Assembly (NCBI RefSeq): GCF_026571515.1
Contig: NW_026855828.1
Coordinates: 248,001-312,000, forward strand
Direction: 5' to 3'
DNA from: Ruditapes philippinarum
Taxonomy: Eukaryota
DNA length: 64,000 bases
The first letter of the stretch is position 1. Each line of letters opens with the position of its first letter. A program made the position numbers and the translations under genes. The notes under the pieces are model-generated. The model did not search any database and was not told where the DNA came from. It worked only from the letters and a program-made list of their open reading frames with translations. Shown here one piece after another: positions 13,501 to 25,309 of this stretch.

Positions 13501-16500
13501 TGTTGCAAGAAGACTAATGGATAACTTTTTTTAACACATGTTTGTGAGGATATTTTATTCTTGTAGCACCTATATATCATGTTAGTATTGTAAATTTATG
13601 TGTACTATTAGTTCTTATTAGTTTAGGATTAATAACTTAAAGTACAAAGTGATGTTAGAAAAGCTGAGATACATCAACAGTACTTACTTCTATATCACTG
13701 CATTTATAAACTCCATGCAGTGCAATATTATTTGACATTGCACATGTAATAAAAAATTATTTTCTAAGTTTATCCCCAAATGATGATTTATTTTTGACAG
13801 ATATTATACCTTATCAGTTTATGTGTTAACTTGTTTACCTGTATATAGAATGGAAGAGTTTTCTAGAACTATTTTATTATGAATGTATATTTTCAGGATG
13901 CTGCTCGTAAAAGAAAATTTCAGGTCATTGTTGTGGAATGTGCTCCATTTTATCATGTAGGTAGACAAATGTTACTATTTGGAATTATTTGGTTCGAGTA
14001 TTATTGATAAACTTTTATGGTCTAGGATGAAAATGACTTTGTTCAACTTTTACTATAGATTTCTTCATGAGTTATAACATACAATTTTAACACAATTGAT
14101 TTTCTTTCCCATTCAAATAAAGAAAGTTACCCGGTACTTTATAATGAATCACAATTATGAAGATAGGAACATAATGTAATAGCATTTGCCATTGTATTGC
14201 CAAAAATATCTCAAAATGTTTAGGTATAGCACTGTGTTTTGATTCTACTAAGTTATATGTGTATTTCATTTGATTTTACTGTTTGGTAGTTACATAAAAC
14301 ATTATGTACAAGCAGTAACAACTTTTGTGTCACAAAATTACAATTTCTTAAAATTCTCTTAAATCAGTGCTGGAAGATGTATAATCTCTTAGGAACCTCA
14401 GTGGCAGAGTGGTTAGAGTTGTTTACTTTGAATCTTTAGCCTCTTTGATGTGGCTTCATTTCTAACTAATGACTTTTTAGCTCGACTATTCGATAAGAAT
14501 AAGTAGAGCTATTGCAGTCACCCGAGCGTCGGCGTCGGCGTAACCACTTATGTTAAAGTTTTTGTAATAGTTCAAATATTTTCAAAGTCCATTGACATAT
14601 GGCTTTGAAACTTTGCACACTTGTTCACCATCATGACCCCAACCTGTAGACAGGAGGAGGTAACTCTATCAAGCATTTCGACAGAATTATGCCCCTTTTT
14701 CGACTTAGAATTTTCGTTAAAGTTTTTGTAATAGTTCAAATATTTTCAAAGTCCATTGACATATGGTTTTGAAACTTTGCACACTTGTTCACCATCATGA
14801 CCCCAACCTGTAGACAGGAGAAGGTAACTCTATCAAGCATTTTGACAGAATTATGCCCCTTTTTTGACTTAGAATTTACGTTAAAGTTTTTGTAATAGTT
14901 CAAATATTTTCAAAGTCCATTGACATATGGCTTTGAAACTTTGCACACTTGTTCACCATCATGACCCCAACCTGTAGACAGGAGGAGGTAACTCTATCAA
15001 GCATTTTGACAGAATTATGCCCTTTTTCGACTTAGAATTTACGTTAAAGTTTTTGTAATAGTTCAAATATTTTCAAAGTCCATTGACATATAGTTTTGAA
15101 ACTTTGCACACTTGTTCACCATCATGACCCCAACCTGTAGACAGGAGGAGGTAACTCTATCAAGCATTTCGACAGAATTATGCCCCTTTTTCGACTTAGA
15201 ATTTACGTTAAAGTTTTTGTAATAGTTCAAATATTTTCAAAGTCCATAGACATATGGCTTTGAAACTTTGCACACTTGTTCACCATCATGACCCCAACCT
15301 GTAAACAGGAGGAGGAAACTGTATCAAGCATTTTTTTTACTATCAAGCACTAAGAATAGTCGAGCGTTGCTGTCCTACTGACAGCTCTTGTTTCACGTTA
15401 GGAAGTTATCAAGCAAGCATGTAGAAGGCTGACAGTTCAACTCTGTTGTCCGCTTGTTTCTGTAATGCTGGGAATATGTTATGTTCTGCATGAACATATG
15501 TTGTAACCACAAGAAACAATGTGTTCTGTAAAGCATGAGAAATTGTCTAGAACACATTTATTACACACAAATATTTGATGTTTATATTACAGGGTCAAGA
15601 GTTAGCAGTTAGCCTAGCCAAGTCAGGAATAGAGACTACTGTAATTAATGATTCAGCTGTATTTGCAATAATGTCTCGAGTCAACAAAGTTATCATAGGA
15701 ACTCATACAGTAATGGCCAATGGAGGGTAAGGTTATTTTATATCTTGAAATGGAACTCATATATTTTCCAATATCATATATTATAATGTTGATGTTGATA
15801 AATGCCGGTAAAATTAGCATTATTTGCAAAGCTGGAAATTTGACTTAAGTTTTGTTTTCCCTTTGTTTTGGCTATAAGTACTTGCTCTTACTATACTACT
15901 GTGCTGTCATATTTTCCTGGTCTTTCTAAATACATTCATTATTTAGGTTGAATACTGCTTATGTTGTGACTACCATAGTGTGAGACATGTTGCAGTTTTC
16001 ATGACATACATGATTGGCATTAAAAAAAGTTATTAATTAAAATTGTTGAATTGTCATTTTGATATTTATTGAAAAAAATTAAATAAAATGTTAACTCTTT
16101 TTATTATTGTTTTTAGGTTGAAGGCAATAAATGGAAGTCATGCTATAGCTCTGGCTGCTAAACATTATTCTGTACCGGTAAGTGTTTTCTTATACTGAAT
16201 TTGTTGATTACTGAAATGGAATCATCTTACCTTAAATACAACTGGATAATAAATATGACATAATTCTTTCCTCAGAATATAAAAATGTAACTGTGTATTT
16301 TATACTTTAATCAAAAGTATATCTCTTTAAAAGCAATGTTTTAACATTACGGCATCTGTTCATTGTATTCATATGTCAGATAAGATATTGGATCTTATGC
16401 AAATTAGAATTTGTAAAAACACTGTGTTTGATTTCATGTGTATTGTTTCAGCTGGTTGTTTGTGCTGCTGTTTTCAAGTTGTCTCCAGAGTTTCTATGTT

Positions 16501-17462
16501 CAGAAGATCAGGTATGTATTTTCTTAATTGCTGCCAAAATGTAAGAAAAAATATGCTCCTTTTACCTATTGTAAAGAAATCTGAATGATGTGTTATCATT
16601 TAATACTCATATGTTGCTAAGTGATAGAGTTGCCTGCCACTGAAACAAAGGATTTAGGGTCTTGAGTACTATAGGGGTTGTAACCATGTTATTTATTTAT
16701 TAACTAATTCTACTGATAAGTTTAAAAAACTTGTTTTACAATATAACTCACACGAAATATGTTTAATCTTACAGCTGTAAAAGTTTATTGTCTTAACCTA
16801 GATAAAGTTGAAATAAATTTTCTATTCCAGGAAGCATTTAACAAGTTTGAGAGCCCAGAACATGTAATGAAATTTTCTGAGGGTAAAATTCTCTCACAAG
16901 TTCAAATACATAACCCCGTATTTGATTATGTGCCTCCAGAACTTGTAACTCTCTACATATTTAACATGTAAGTATTTTATACATGTCCTCTGAGTTTTCA
17001 TAATTTTGTTAAGAGACTTATGTGATATTTATATAGGGAGAGCTGTTATACTTGCCCTGCGGTTGGCGTCGCTGTCAAACTTTGGTTTTTCGTGCATGTT
17101 GTTTCTTCAAAACTACTGAAGAGAATGAGTTGAATATAACAGAACATGGTGGGCACAGGTCCTCTACCTCTGAGTTACCTTTTTCAGAATTATGTCCCTT
17201 TTTTTACAGTCGAGCACTGAGAATAGTCGAGCATGCTATCTTATTGACAGCTCCTGTTGTGTATTCCACTTCATTTGACAGTAGTGTGTATATGTTTCTA
17301 AATATGAAATGAGTTTTATAATAATAAAGTAAACATGTATTGTCACTTTGTATGTGTGTATACTAAACATAAAATGTTTGTATTTACAGTGGAGGTACAG
17401 CACCGTCTTATGTTTATCGACTCCTCAGTGAGTTCTATCATCCTGATGATCATAGCTTATAA
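7583..17462 (+). CDS. EIF2B2: Translation initiation factor eIF-2B subunit beta, 12 exons, 354 aa
   Basis: Exons 7583-7659, 10089-10175, 11257-11376, 11765-11813, 12368-12477, 13123-13219, 13897-13956, 15593-15726, 16117-16177, 16452-16511, 16831-16967, 17390-17462. All introns are GT-AG and phase-consistent (1065 nt). Signature peptides: [89 protein letters not shown]. Confidence 0.97.
7826..8030 (+). mobile_element. tRNA-derived SINE 5' part; a SINE-like 3' portion resumes near 9255-9340 after nested MITEs
   Basis: TAGCTCAATAGG (A box) and GTTCGATTCC (B box). The segment CCAGGAACGATG near 9295 resembles the SINE copy at 46137. Confidence 0.55.
10245..10430. mobile_element. Short MITE with GAG termini (Sola-like)
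   Basis: TIR GAGCCGCATCACGACAAAACC / GGTTTTGTCATGGCGCGGCTC, flanked by ATTT and AAAT. Internal inverted repeats are present. Confidence 0.7.
10733..11215 (+). mobile_element. HINE, short member of the same family as 21868-24211
   Basis: TTTTTAGCTCACC...GGTGAGC palindrome, (GTCC)n microsatellite, about one core unit, then 3' subTIR CAGGTGAGC, hairpin GGGCCATCATGGCCC and CTTGTTT. Confidence 0.85.
11968..12175 (+). mobile_element. tRNA-derived SINE, degenerate
   Basis: TGGCAGAGTG A-box-like head followed by a CCTTGAGCAAG...CTTTACC core typical of mollusc SINEs. Confidence 0.5.
14474..15392 (+). mobile_element. HINE with five tandem units of about 164 bp, inserted into a tRNA-SINE
   Basis: 5' TTTTTAGCTCGACTATT and 3' AATAGTCGAGC plus hairpin GCTGTC...GACAGC and TCTTGTT. 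Units start at 14553, 14717, 14881, 15044 and 15208. The SINE head (GTGGCAGAGTGGTTA) lies at 14401-14470 and its body resumes after 15393. Confidence 0.88.
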
Positions 17463-18513
17463 CATTGTGACGTTCTAGTGCCACAGAGGAAATGGAGGAA
17501 TTGTTTTGAATCATGTTAGACTCATGATTATCTCAAGCTTTTTGTGGATAAAAATAATGAGTGTGTTATTAGAAAAAAAAAAAGTTATCAATGCTAGCAT
17601 TTCATAGTCCTGCCTGCAACATATGGACCTTGCATTTTTCCCCCAGAAAAAACAGAGGTTTCTAGAACAATGGAAGATATCATGCTTATATCATTTTACT
17701 GTTCACTTATATTTTATGTAGAGGGCAGGCAATTTTTTGAATATAGGCAAATATACAGGCAAATATTTAATTTAAAAGTGACTTTTTTTATGTTGCAAAA
17801 AGTGCTTTATAGAAAAAATGATGATTAAAATCAAAGAAAAGTATATTTTTGGTTCTTTTTCATAATTTTTGTCTTGTTTGTAAAAAATACATAGGAAGAG
17901 ATACTTGTTTTTCAATATAAGAAATACTGTACACATAAAGTTATATATTCACCTCCTTTGTTCAACGATTAGAGCTGTCATCAATAGAAATGACAGTGAT
18001 GTATCATCAATATTTTTCTGTTGATCAATAATCGATATACACGTGGAAAAATCTGATTGAAAACTAATTAAATAAATGTTAAAAAATTATGCAATTCACC
18101 CAAAACATACAGAAGCAGGTTTCCATATCTAAAGCTACTACTGCTGTTATGTAATTTAATGGCAGTGATTAGAGAAAAAAATCATGCATTGGGCATTTTA
18201 CAACAAAAAGACACATTATAATTGTATGAACACAATATGAATATGTATTTTACTGAAATGATTTAAACAGGTATGAAAATGAATTATAGACAAGACATAC
18301 CAGTAATAAGTTATTATTGATGTATCAGTGTATTGCTAATATTTGTCATCTGATATTAACATATTGTTGATATACCTTGCACCGAATCAATGACAGTTGT
18401 AGTATAAGGTGAGAGCTATAGCTGTACATAATGTTCTTGTAGTTTTTATGCTGTAAAACAAAGGATGAACTGACCATACAAGTAAATGCTAAAATCTTAT
18501 TTCCTGCTATATG

Positions 18514-19827
18514 CAGACCTGGGGTAATCACTAATCGTAATCATCGATTTTTTAATTGATTACATGATTACACTGTAATCATCATGTAATTGATTACCTT
18601 GCTCAAAATTGATTACATTAATTGTAATTAATCAATTACAGCTTAAATTCAGTCTGTAATTATGATTACAATTTGATTGATGTTGATTACTTTCAGATTT
18701 TACATGAAACTATTGAAATTCAAATGATTTATTTCACATGTTACAGTTTAACTAAGGTAGTAAAATATCAAGTGAGACATTTTAAGACATCACTCACAAT
18801 GAAGAAATAAGTTTTAATCCATACAGTTAACCAAATTCTAACTGAAAGATAGACATCATTGTTTGGCTGGTATTCTAACCAAAATGTCAATCATTGGATT
18901 TATGATGTCTTTGAATTTCCTAAAGAAACATCTGGAAATGTGACAGCACAGTGCAAATTGTGCCCTTAGAAGATAAATGGAAACATTAAGTCACATTCAA
19001 AGTTCATTACCCACATAAAGGTATGTTAAATTTTGTTTCACATATTTTGGTTAAACCATTTTTAAAAAGTTTCAAACACTATAGATAACTTTTTTACTTT
19101 GTATATTCTAGAGTTTATGTCAGATGCATATTACCATATTTTAATTATATGCAACAGTTATTTTGTAAGGTGATAGACAATGTGTCTATATTATAATGGA
19201 TACTGTTGTACCATTGAAGTGTTTGTAAAAAAAATGATAATTTCTTTGTAAAGTCTATTGTCTCTTTGAATTCCCATATAAAAATTTATTGTTTTCACAC
19301 CTGTTTTAACACCTGTATACAGCATACTGTACAATTGACACTTTTCAAAATTTCTGTTGCAGAGAGTTCATTATGAAACCTACACCCACGAGACTGAGGA
19401 CCATTCCTGCATCATTGGCTCCCGTTAGAGCGTTTGTTTAGTGTTGCGGGTAAAATTTTCCGTCCTGATAGATGCAGTCTGACTGACAGAGGGTTTCATG
19501 AACTTATGATGCTAAAGTGCAATGCTAAAATATGATAAAGTGATGTGACAGTAACTAAAAGTGTGTTAAAATGATGACTGTTGATAAGCTGGAAATCCTT
19601 TGTGTATATAATGTATATAATGTATATATTAAATAGCATTGAGAAACTTTTGTTTATAGTTATACATGGAATGTAATCAATTATCAATCAATTACTTTCT
19701 TAAAGTAATTGTAATTTAATTGATTACAGAGGCAAGTCTGAGTAATCAATTGTAATCAATTACAATAAAATCTGAAAGTAATTGTAATTAAATCAATTAC
19801 TGATCAATGTAATCATCCCCAGGTCTG
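18514..19827 (+). mobile_element. hAT transposon, internal-deletion derivative with transposase remnants
   Basis: TIR CAGACCTGGGG / CCCCAGGTCTG and perfect 8-bp TSD GCTATATG. BED finger remnant (AQCKLCP*...FITHIK|intron|RVH) and hAT dimerization remnant (ERLFSVAGKIFRPDRCSL). Subterminal GTAATC/GATTAC repeats. Confidence 0.92.
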
Positions 19828-20089
19828 GCTATATGACACAAAGAAACAACTTATTCAATCAAAACCACATTTAATGGGTCAGAGTCGGTCATTTTTGAAA
19901 CAATCCTCATGACTCTTGAGGTAAATGGTGCTGCACCCTTGTTTTTCAAGTTTTTAATAAAGAGCTAAATGTTACAGCTTTTGTTGAATTTTCAAGCTAT
20001 CACATTTTCTCCCTACAAACGAGATACATCAGAAATTGATACTTGATAAAGGCATACATTATTTAAACAGACTTTTAGGTCAAGAAATT

Positions 20090-20600
20090 AGCATAATGAG
20101 GTTATATTTTTGTAACAATTTTCTCAGCAACTACTTATTACACCCTCTTGATATTTGGCATACAGCATAGACATGAGGTCCCATACCGTGAGATTTGATT
20201 TCAGGTCTGTCGCACATCCACTTCCTGTTTACCAACTTAGTTTAATTTTCAACAATAATGATCAATGGTAGGAAATTTTTGTAACAATTTTCTCAGCAAC
20301 TACTTATCACAGCCTCTTGATATTTGGTATACAGCATTGACACGTGGTCCCATACTGTGGGTTTCGATTTCAGGTCTGTTGCTTATTTACTTCCTGTTTA
20401 CCAACTTAGTTAAATTTTTCAACATGATGGTCATAGGAAGGAAATTTTCGTAACCGTTTTCTCAGCAACTTCTTATCACAGCCTCTTGATATTTGGCATA
20501 CAGCATTAACATGTGGTCCCATACTGTTGGATTCGATTTCAGGTCTGTTGCTCATCCACTTTCTGTTTACCGACTTAGTTAAATTTTTCGACATTAATGG
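20090..20600. repeat. Three tandem copies of a unit of about 169 bp (HINE-core-like)
   Basis: TTTTTGTAACAATTTTCTCAGCAAC recurs at about 20107, 20276 and 20445. Confidence 0.8.
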
Positions 20601-21867
20601 CCAATGGTATACAAAATTTTAATGCAACCCAGTCTTTTCTTTCTTTTGACACATTTTATTACTGTTCAACAAGCATGCCTCCAGATTCATGCTAATTTAA
20701 TTCATTAAAAAATTTTAAAATGTATATTAAAGTAAAATCTTGTGAAGTGAACAAGGAGATTTATTTACACATTGAAGCAAATGGCATACACAATCTATCA
20801 AAATATCCAAAAAGAGATCAAAATATGGAAAAATAGCCATTACTGTGTTTGAACTCAATAAAAATATTGTGATAAATACTGCAAAATCAGTTATTAATCA
20901 CACATATGTAAATTATTACTTGAATCTTTTTACCTTTCGTAAATCTTAGTGAAAGTTTGATTTCATTGAAATATTTTTCCTTATCTGGAGACGTGCTGTT
21001 AAGCACATAAACCGTTACAATATGACCAGCTTATTAAGTTATTACCTCAAATCACAGGAATTTATCTTTTTTACTTTTTTAAACTATCAATATATCACAG
21101 AGAGTTACAGAAAACTAACTAGCTGGTAAAAACACTCAGCTTATACATGTACTGATTTGGTTCCAGCTCACATCATAGAAAACTGATTTTAATAAAAGTA
21201 TGAAGCATATAAATTGCTTGAATAAGTTCATTTAAATTTTAACTGAGTGAGTGGAAAACAGATGGTGAAAAAAAGGCTCTCCAGCATTTTTAGTTTTATT
21301 ATGTACCATGCAACATTAGGTTTTCAGTTTTGCTAAATTTTTAATTTTCTCCCACCCTCCATATGTTAAACTTGTATCATAAAAAAACATACTGTGTAAC
21401 ACAGCCGCATGGATCAACAATTGTATGCACTTTAAATTTCCCATTAGGGAAAAAAAACTTGGAATAGATCTGTATTTAAAATACAAACGTATATTGATCC
21501 ATGTTCAATGATGAATTCTGATACTCTGTTTTCAGCTTCACTTACGCTTACAAACTTGCTTATATTTTATGGCTATCATCAATGGAAACTATGTCTTCAC
21601 TTGCATAATTCAAATTTTTGTAGATACAACATCATAAACTTACATTTTTGTTTTCTTTAAACAAATTTCAATTTCATTTTATAATAGCGTCCCAAAATAC
21701 AATAACATCATTATCATCATTGTCTTTTTCATCATAGTTTTCCTGTTAGAGAGTCTAGGATGTATATTTTCTTAGGTGAAAATTCTCTCACAATGATAGT
21801 CCCATATGTAGAGTGTAACATAGGGTAGAGTGTAACACTATACATGTATTTTTATTGGCTGTATTTT

Positions 21868-24211
21868 ATTAGCTCACCTGAGCATATGCTCAGGGTGAGC
21901 TATTAGGATCACTCTTCGTCCGTCGTCTGTCGTCCGTCGTCCGTTGTCCGTTCACACTTTTCAAACGACATCTCCTCTGAAACCATAAGGCAGATCATAA
22001 TGAAACTTCACAGGGATGTTCCTTGTGTGAAGCCTTAACAAAGTTGTTCAAAGAATTCCATTCCATGCAGAACTCTGGTTGCCATGGCAACCAAAAGAAA
22101 AAAACTTTAAACATCTTCTTCTAGATAACCCAAAGAGCTAGAGCTAAGATATTTGGCATGAAACATCTTCTAGTGAGTGTCTACCAAGATTGTTCAAATA
22201 AAAGCCCTGGGTTCAAAATTGGCCCCGCCCCAGGGGGTCATTGATTTTCCCTATAGGCATATAGTAAAAAATTTAAAAGTCTTCTTTTAAAGAACCCAAA
22301 GAGCTAGACCTAAGATATTAAGCATGAAACATCTTCTAATGGGGTCAAAATTGGCCCCGCCCCAGGGGGTCATTGATTTTCCTTATATGCATATAGTAAA
22401 AACTTAAAAAAATCTTCTTCTAAAAAACCCAAAGAGCTAGAGCTTAGATATTTGGCATAAAACATGTTCTAATGGATGTCTACCATGTTTGTTCAAATAA
22501 AAGCCCTTGGGTCAAAATTGGCCCCGCCCCAGGGGGTCATTGATTTTCCCTATATGCATATATTAAAAACTTTAAAAAATCTTCTTTTAAAGAACCCAAA
22601 GAGCTAGACCTAAGATATTAAGCATGAAACATCTTCTAATAAGTGTCTACCAAGATTGTTCAAATAAAAGCCCTGGAGTCAAAATTGGCCCCGCCCCAGG
22701 GGGTCATTGATTTTCCTTATATGCATATAGTAAAAACTTTAAAAAATCTTCTACAAAACCCAAAGAGCTAGAGCTTAGATATTTGGCATTAAACATGTTC
22801 TAATGGATGTCTACCAAGTTTGTTCAAATAAAAGCCCTGGGGTCAAAATTGGCCCCGCCCCAGGGGGTCATTGATTTTCCCTATATGCATATAGTAAAAA
22901 CTTTAAAAAATCTTCTATTAAAGAACCCAAAGAGCTAGACCTAAGATATTAAGCATGAAACATCTTCTAATAAGTGTCTACCAAGATTGTTCAAATAAAA
23001 GCCCTGGGGTCAAAATTGGCCCCGCCCCAGGGGGTCATTGATTTTCCCTATATGCATATAGTAAAAACTTTAAAAAATCTTCTTCTACAAAACCCAAAGA
23101 GCTAGAGCTTAGATATTTGGCATTAAACATGTTCTAATGGATGTCTACCAAGTTTGTTCAAATAAAAGCCCTGGGGTCAAAATTGGCCCCGCCCCAGGGG
23201 GTCATTGATTTTCCCTATATGCATATAGTAAAAACTTTAAAAAATCTTCTTCTACAAAACCCAAAGAGCTAGAGCTTAGATATTCGGCATTAAACATGTT
23301 CTAATAGATGTCTACCAAGTTTGTTCAAATAAAAGCTCTGGGGTCAAAATTGGCCCCGCCCCAGGGGGTCATTGATTTTCCCTATATGCATATAGTAAAA
23401 ACTTTAAAAAATCTTCTATTAAAGAACCCAAAGAGCTAGACCTAAGATATTAAGCATGAAACATCTTCTAATAAGTGTCTACCAAGATTGTTCAAATAAA
23501 AGCCCTGGGGTCAAAATTGGCCCCGCCCCAGGGGGTCATTGATTTTCCCTATATGCATATAGTAAAAACTTTAAAAAATCTTCTTCTAAAAATCCAAAGA
23601 GCTAGAGCTTAGATATTCGGTGTAAAACATGTTCTAATGGATGTCTACCAAGTTGTTCAAATAAAAGCCCTGGGGTCAAAATTGGCCCCGCCCCAGGGTT
23701 CATTGATTTTCCCTATATGCATGTAGTAAAAACTTAAAAAAAATTCTTTTAAAGAACCGAAAGAGCTAGAGCTAAGATATTTAGCATAAAACATGTTCTA
23801 ATGGGTGTCTACAAAATTTGTTCAAATAAAAGCCCTGGGGTCAAAATTGGCCCCGTCCCAGGGGTCATTGATTTTCCCTATATACATAGAGTAAAAAGTT
23901 AAAAATCTTCTATTAAAGAACCCAAAGAGCTAGAGCTGAGATATTTAGCATGAAACATGTTCTAATGGATGTCTACCAAGTTTGTTCAAATAAAAGCCCT
24001 TGGGTTAAAATTGGCCCTGCCAGGGGGAGGGGGGGGGTCAAAAGTCATTGTTATTCATAATTTGTGTATAGTAAAATCTTAACATCATGAAATATCTTTT
24101 AATGGGTGTCTTCCAAGTTTGTTCAAATAAAAGCTCTTTGGTTTAAACTGGCCCGGCCCTGAGGGCCTTTGTTCAGGTGAGCGACCCCAGGGCCATCATG
24201 GCCCTCTTGTT
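21868..24211 (+). mobile_element. HINE carrying a satellite-like array of 12 units of about 167 bp
   Basis: Same termini as the 10733 element. AAAGAGCTAGA marks units at 22132, 22298, 22431, 22598, 22762, 22929, 23096, 23263, 23430, 23596, 23760 and 23924. Confidence 0.92.
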
Positions 24212-25195
24212 AGGAATGTGATTTTTCTACACAATTTAATTCCTCCATACTGATGAGGGATTTATTAAACCAGCATTTTATATACATGTACTACTTATTT
24301 TTTTTTTACTGTGGATTTGAACAGAGTAGGTATACAGAAAAAAATAATTAAAAGTAAAAGTCCATTTATGATGTGACAACTGGGAACCTTTTGTGACAAT
24401 ACTTGAATATCCCCTTAAACATTAATTTTTAGAGAAACTTCCTCTCAAAATGCATCTGATTGCATAAGAAACACATAAAATTATGCATTTCTTTTAAAGA
24501 CATGCATTGTTTTGGCATATTTAAGACTTTCCAGACGTGTGTTGTATACTATTTATTTTACATGGTCATTACATGAATTGTCCTCTATATTGTTAACTAC
24601 AAACTGAGTTCAGTGTGTAAACTAGGTATCAGTATGTTACATTTTATAAAAAGTTGATTTGTGAGTAACAGTAAAAATATCATTCCGAGGAAAATAATCT
24701 TGCCTCCCGAAGCATTGGCCAACTCCAATTGGCTTATGGGAAATTTACATTACAAAAAAAGTTAGGGGTAGTAAAACAAGATAACAAACTGATCAGATAG
24801 AAGAAAATATTGCTCAGCTCGGAAGGCTCCAGAATATTAGTTTTTTGTGACTAATTGGCCCTATGGAAGATCCCATTAGTGTTTTAGAAAAATCCACCAG
24901 TTGTCATAATGATGGCCCCAGTAGCGTCTAACTAGAATTAACTCCCCTGCCATCACATTAGCCACTGCTTAGGGAGATGCAATTCATTGTATGAGACAAG
25001 GTTGAAACACAATACCAACCAGATTCTGCTGAACTTGTACTGATATAACAAGCTGCATCAATGGTGTCAATGGTAGTCTATCAGCCAATGAGCGCAAAAG
25101 GTTATCTGGTAGATGAAATTGTGAAAAGTATTGTTCTTAAAAAACATGGACAGCAGTCTATCAAAGACCTAGCATTGTTTAAAATCAAGGGCACA

Positions 25196-25309
25196 TTTGC
25201 CGTAAATACTTTGCACCTTTAGAAGAATCCAATTTGGGAAGCAAGATGAGTGCCCTTTGCCGTAAATACTTTGCACCTTTAGAAGAATCCAATTTGGGAA
25301 GCAAAGATG
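25196..25309. repeat. Tandem duplication with a 60-bp period
   Basis: TTTGCCGTAAATACTTTGCACCTTTAGAAGAATCCAATTTGGGAAGCAA occurs twice, 60 bp apart. Confidence 0.9.
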
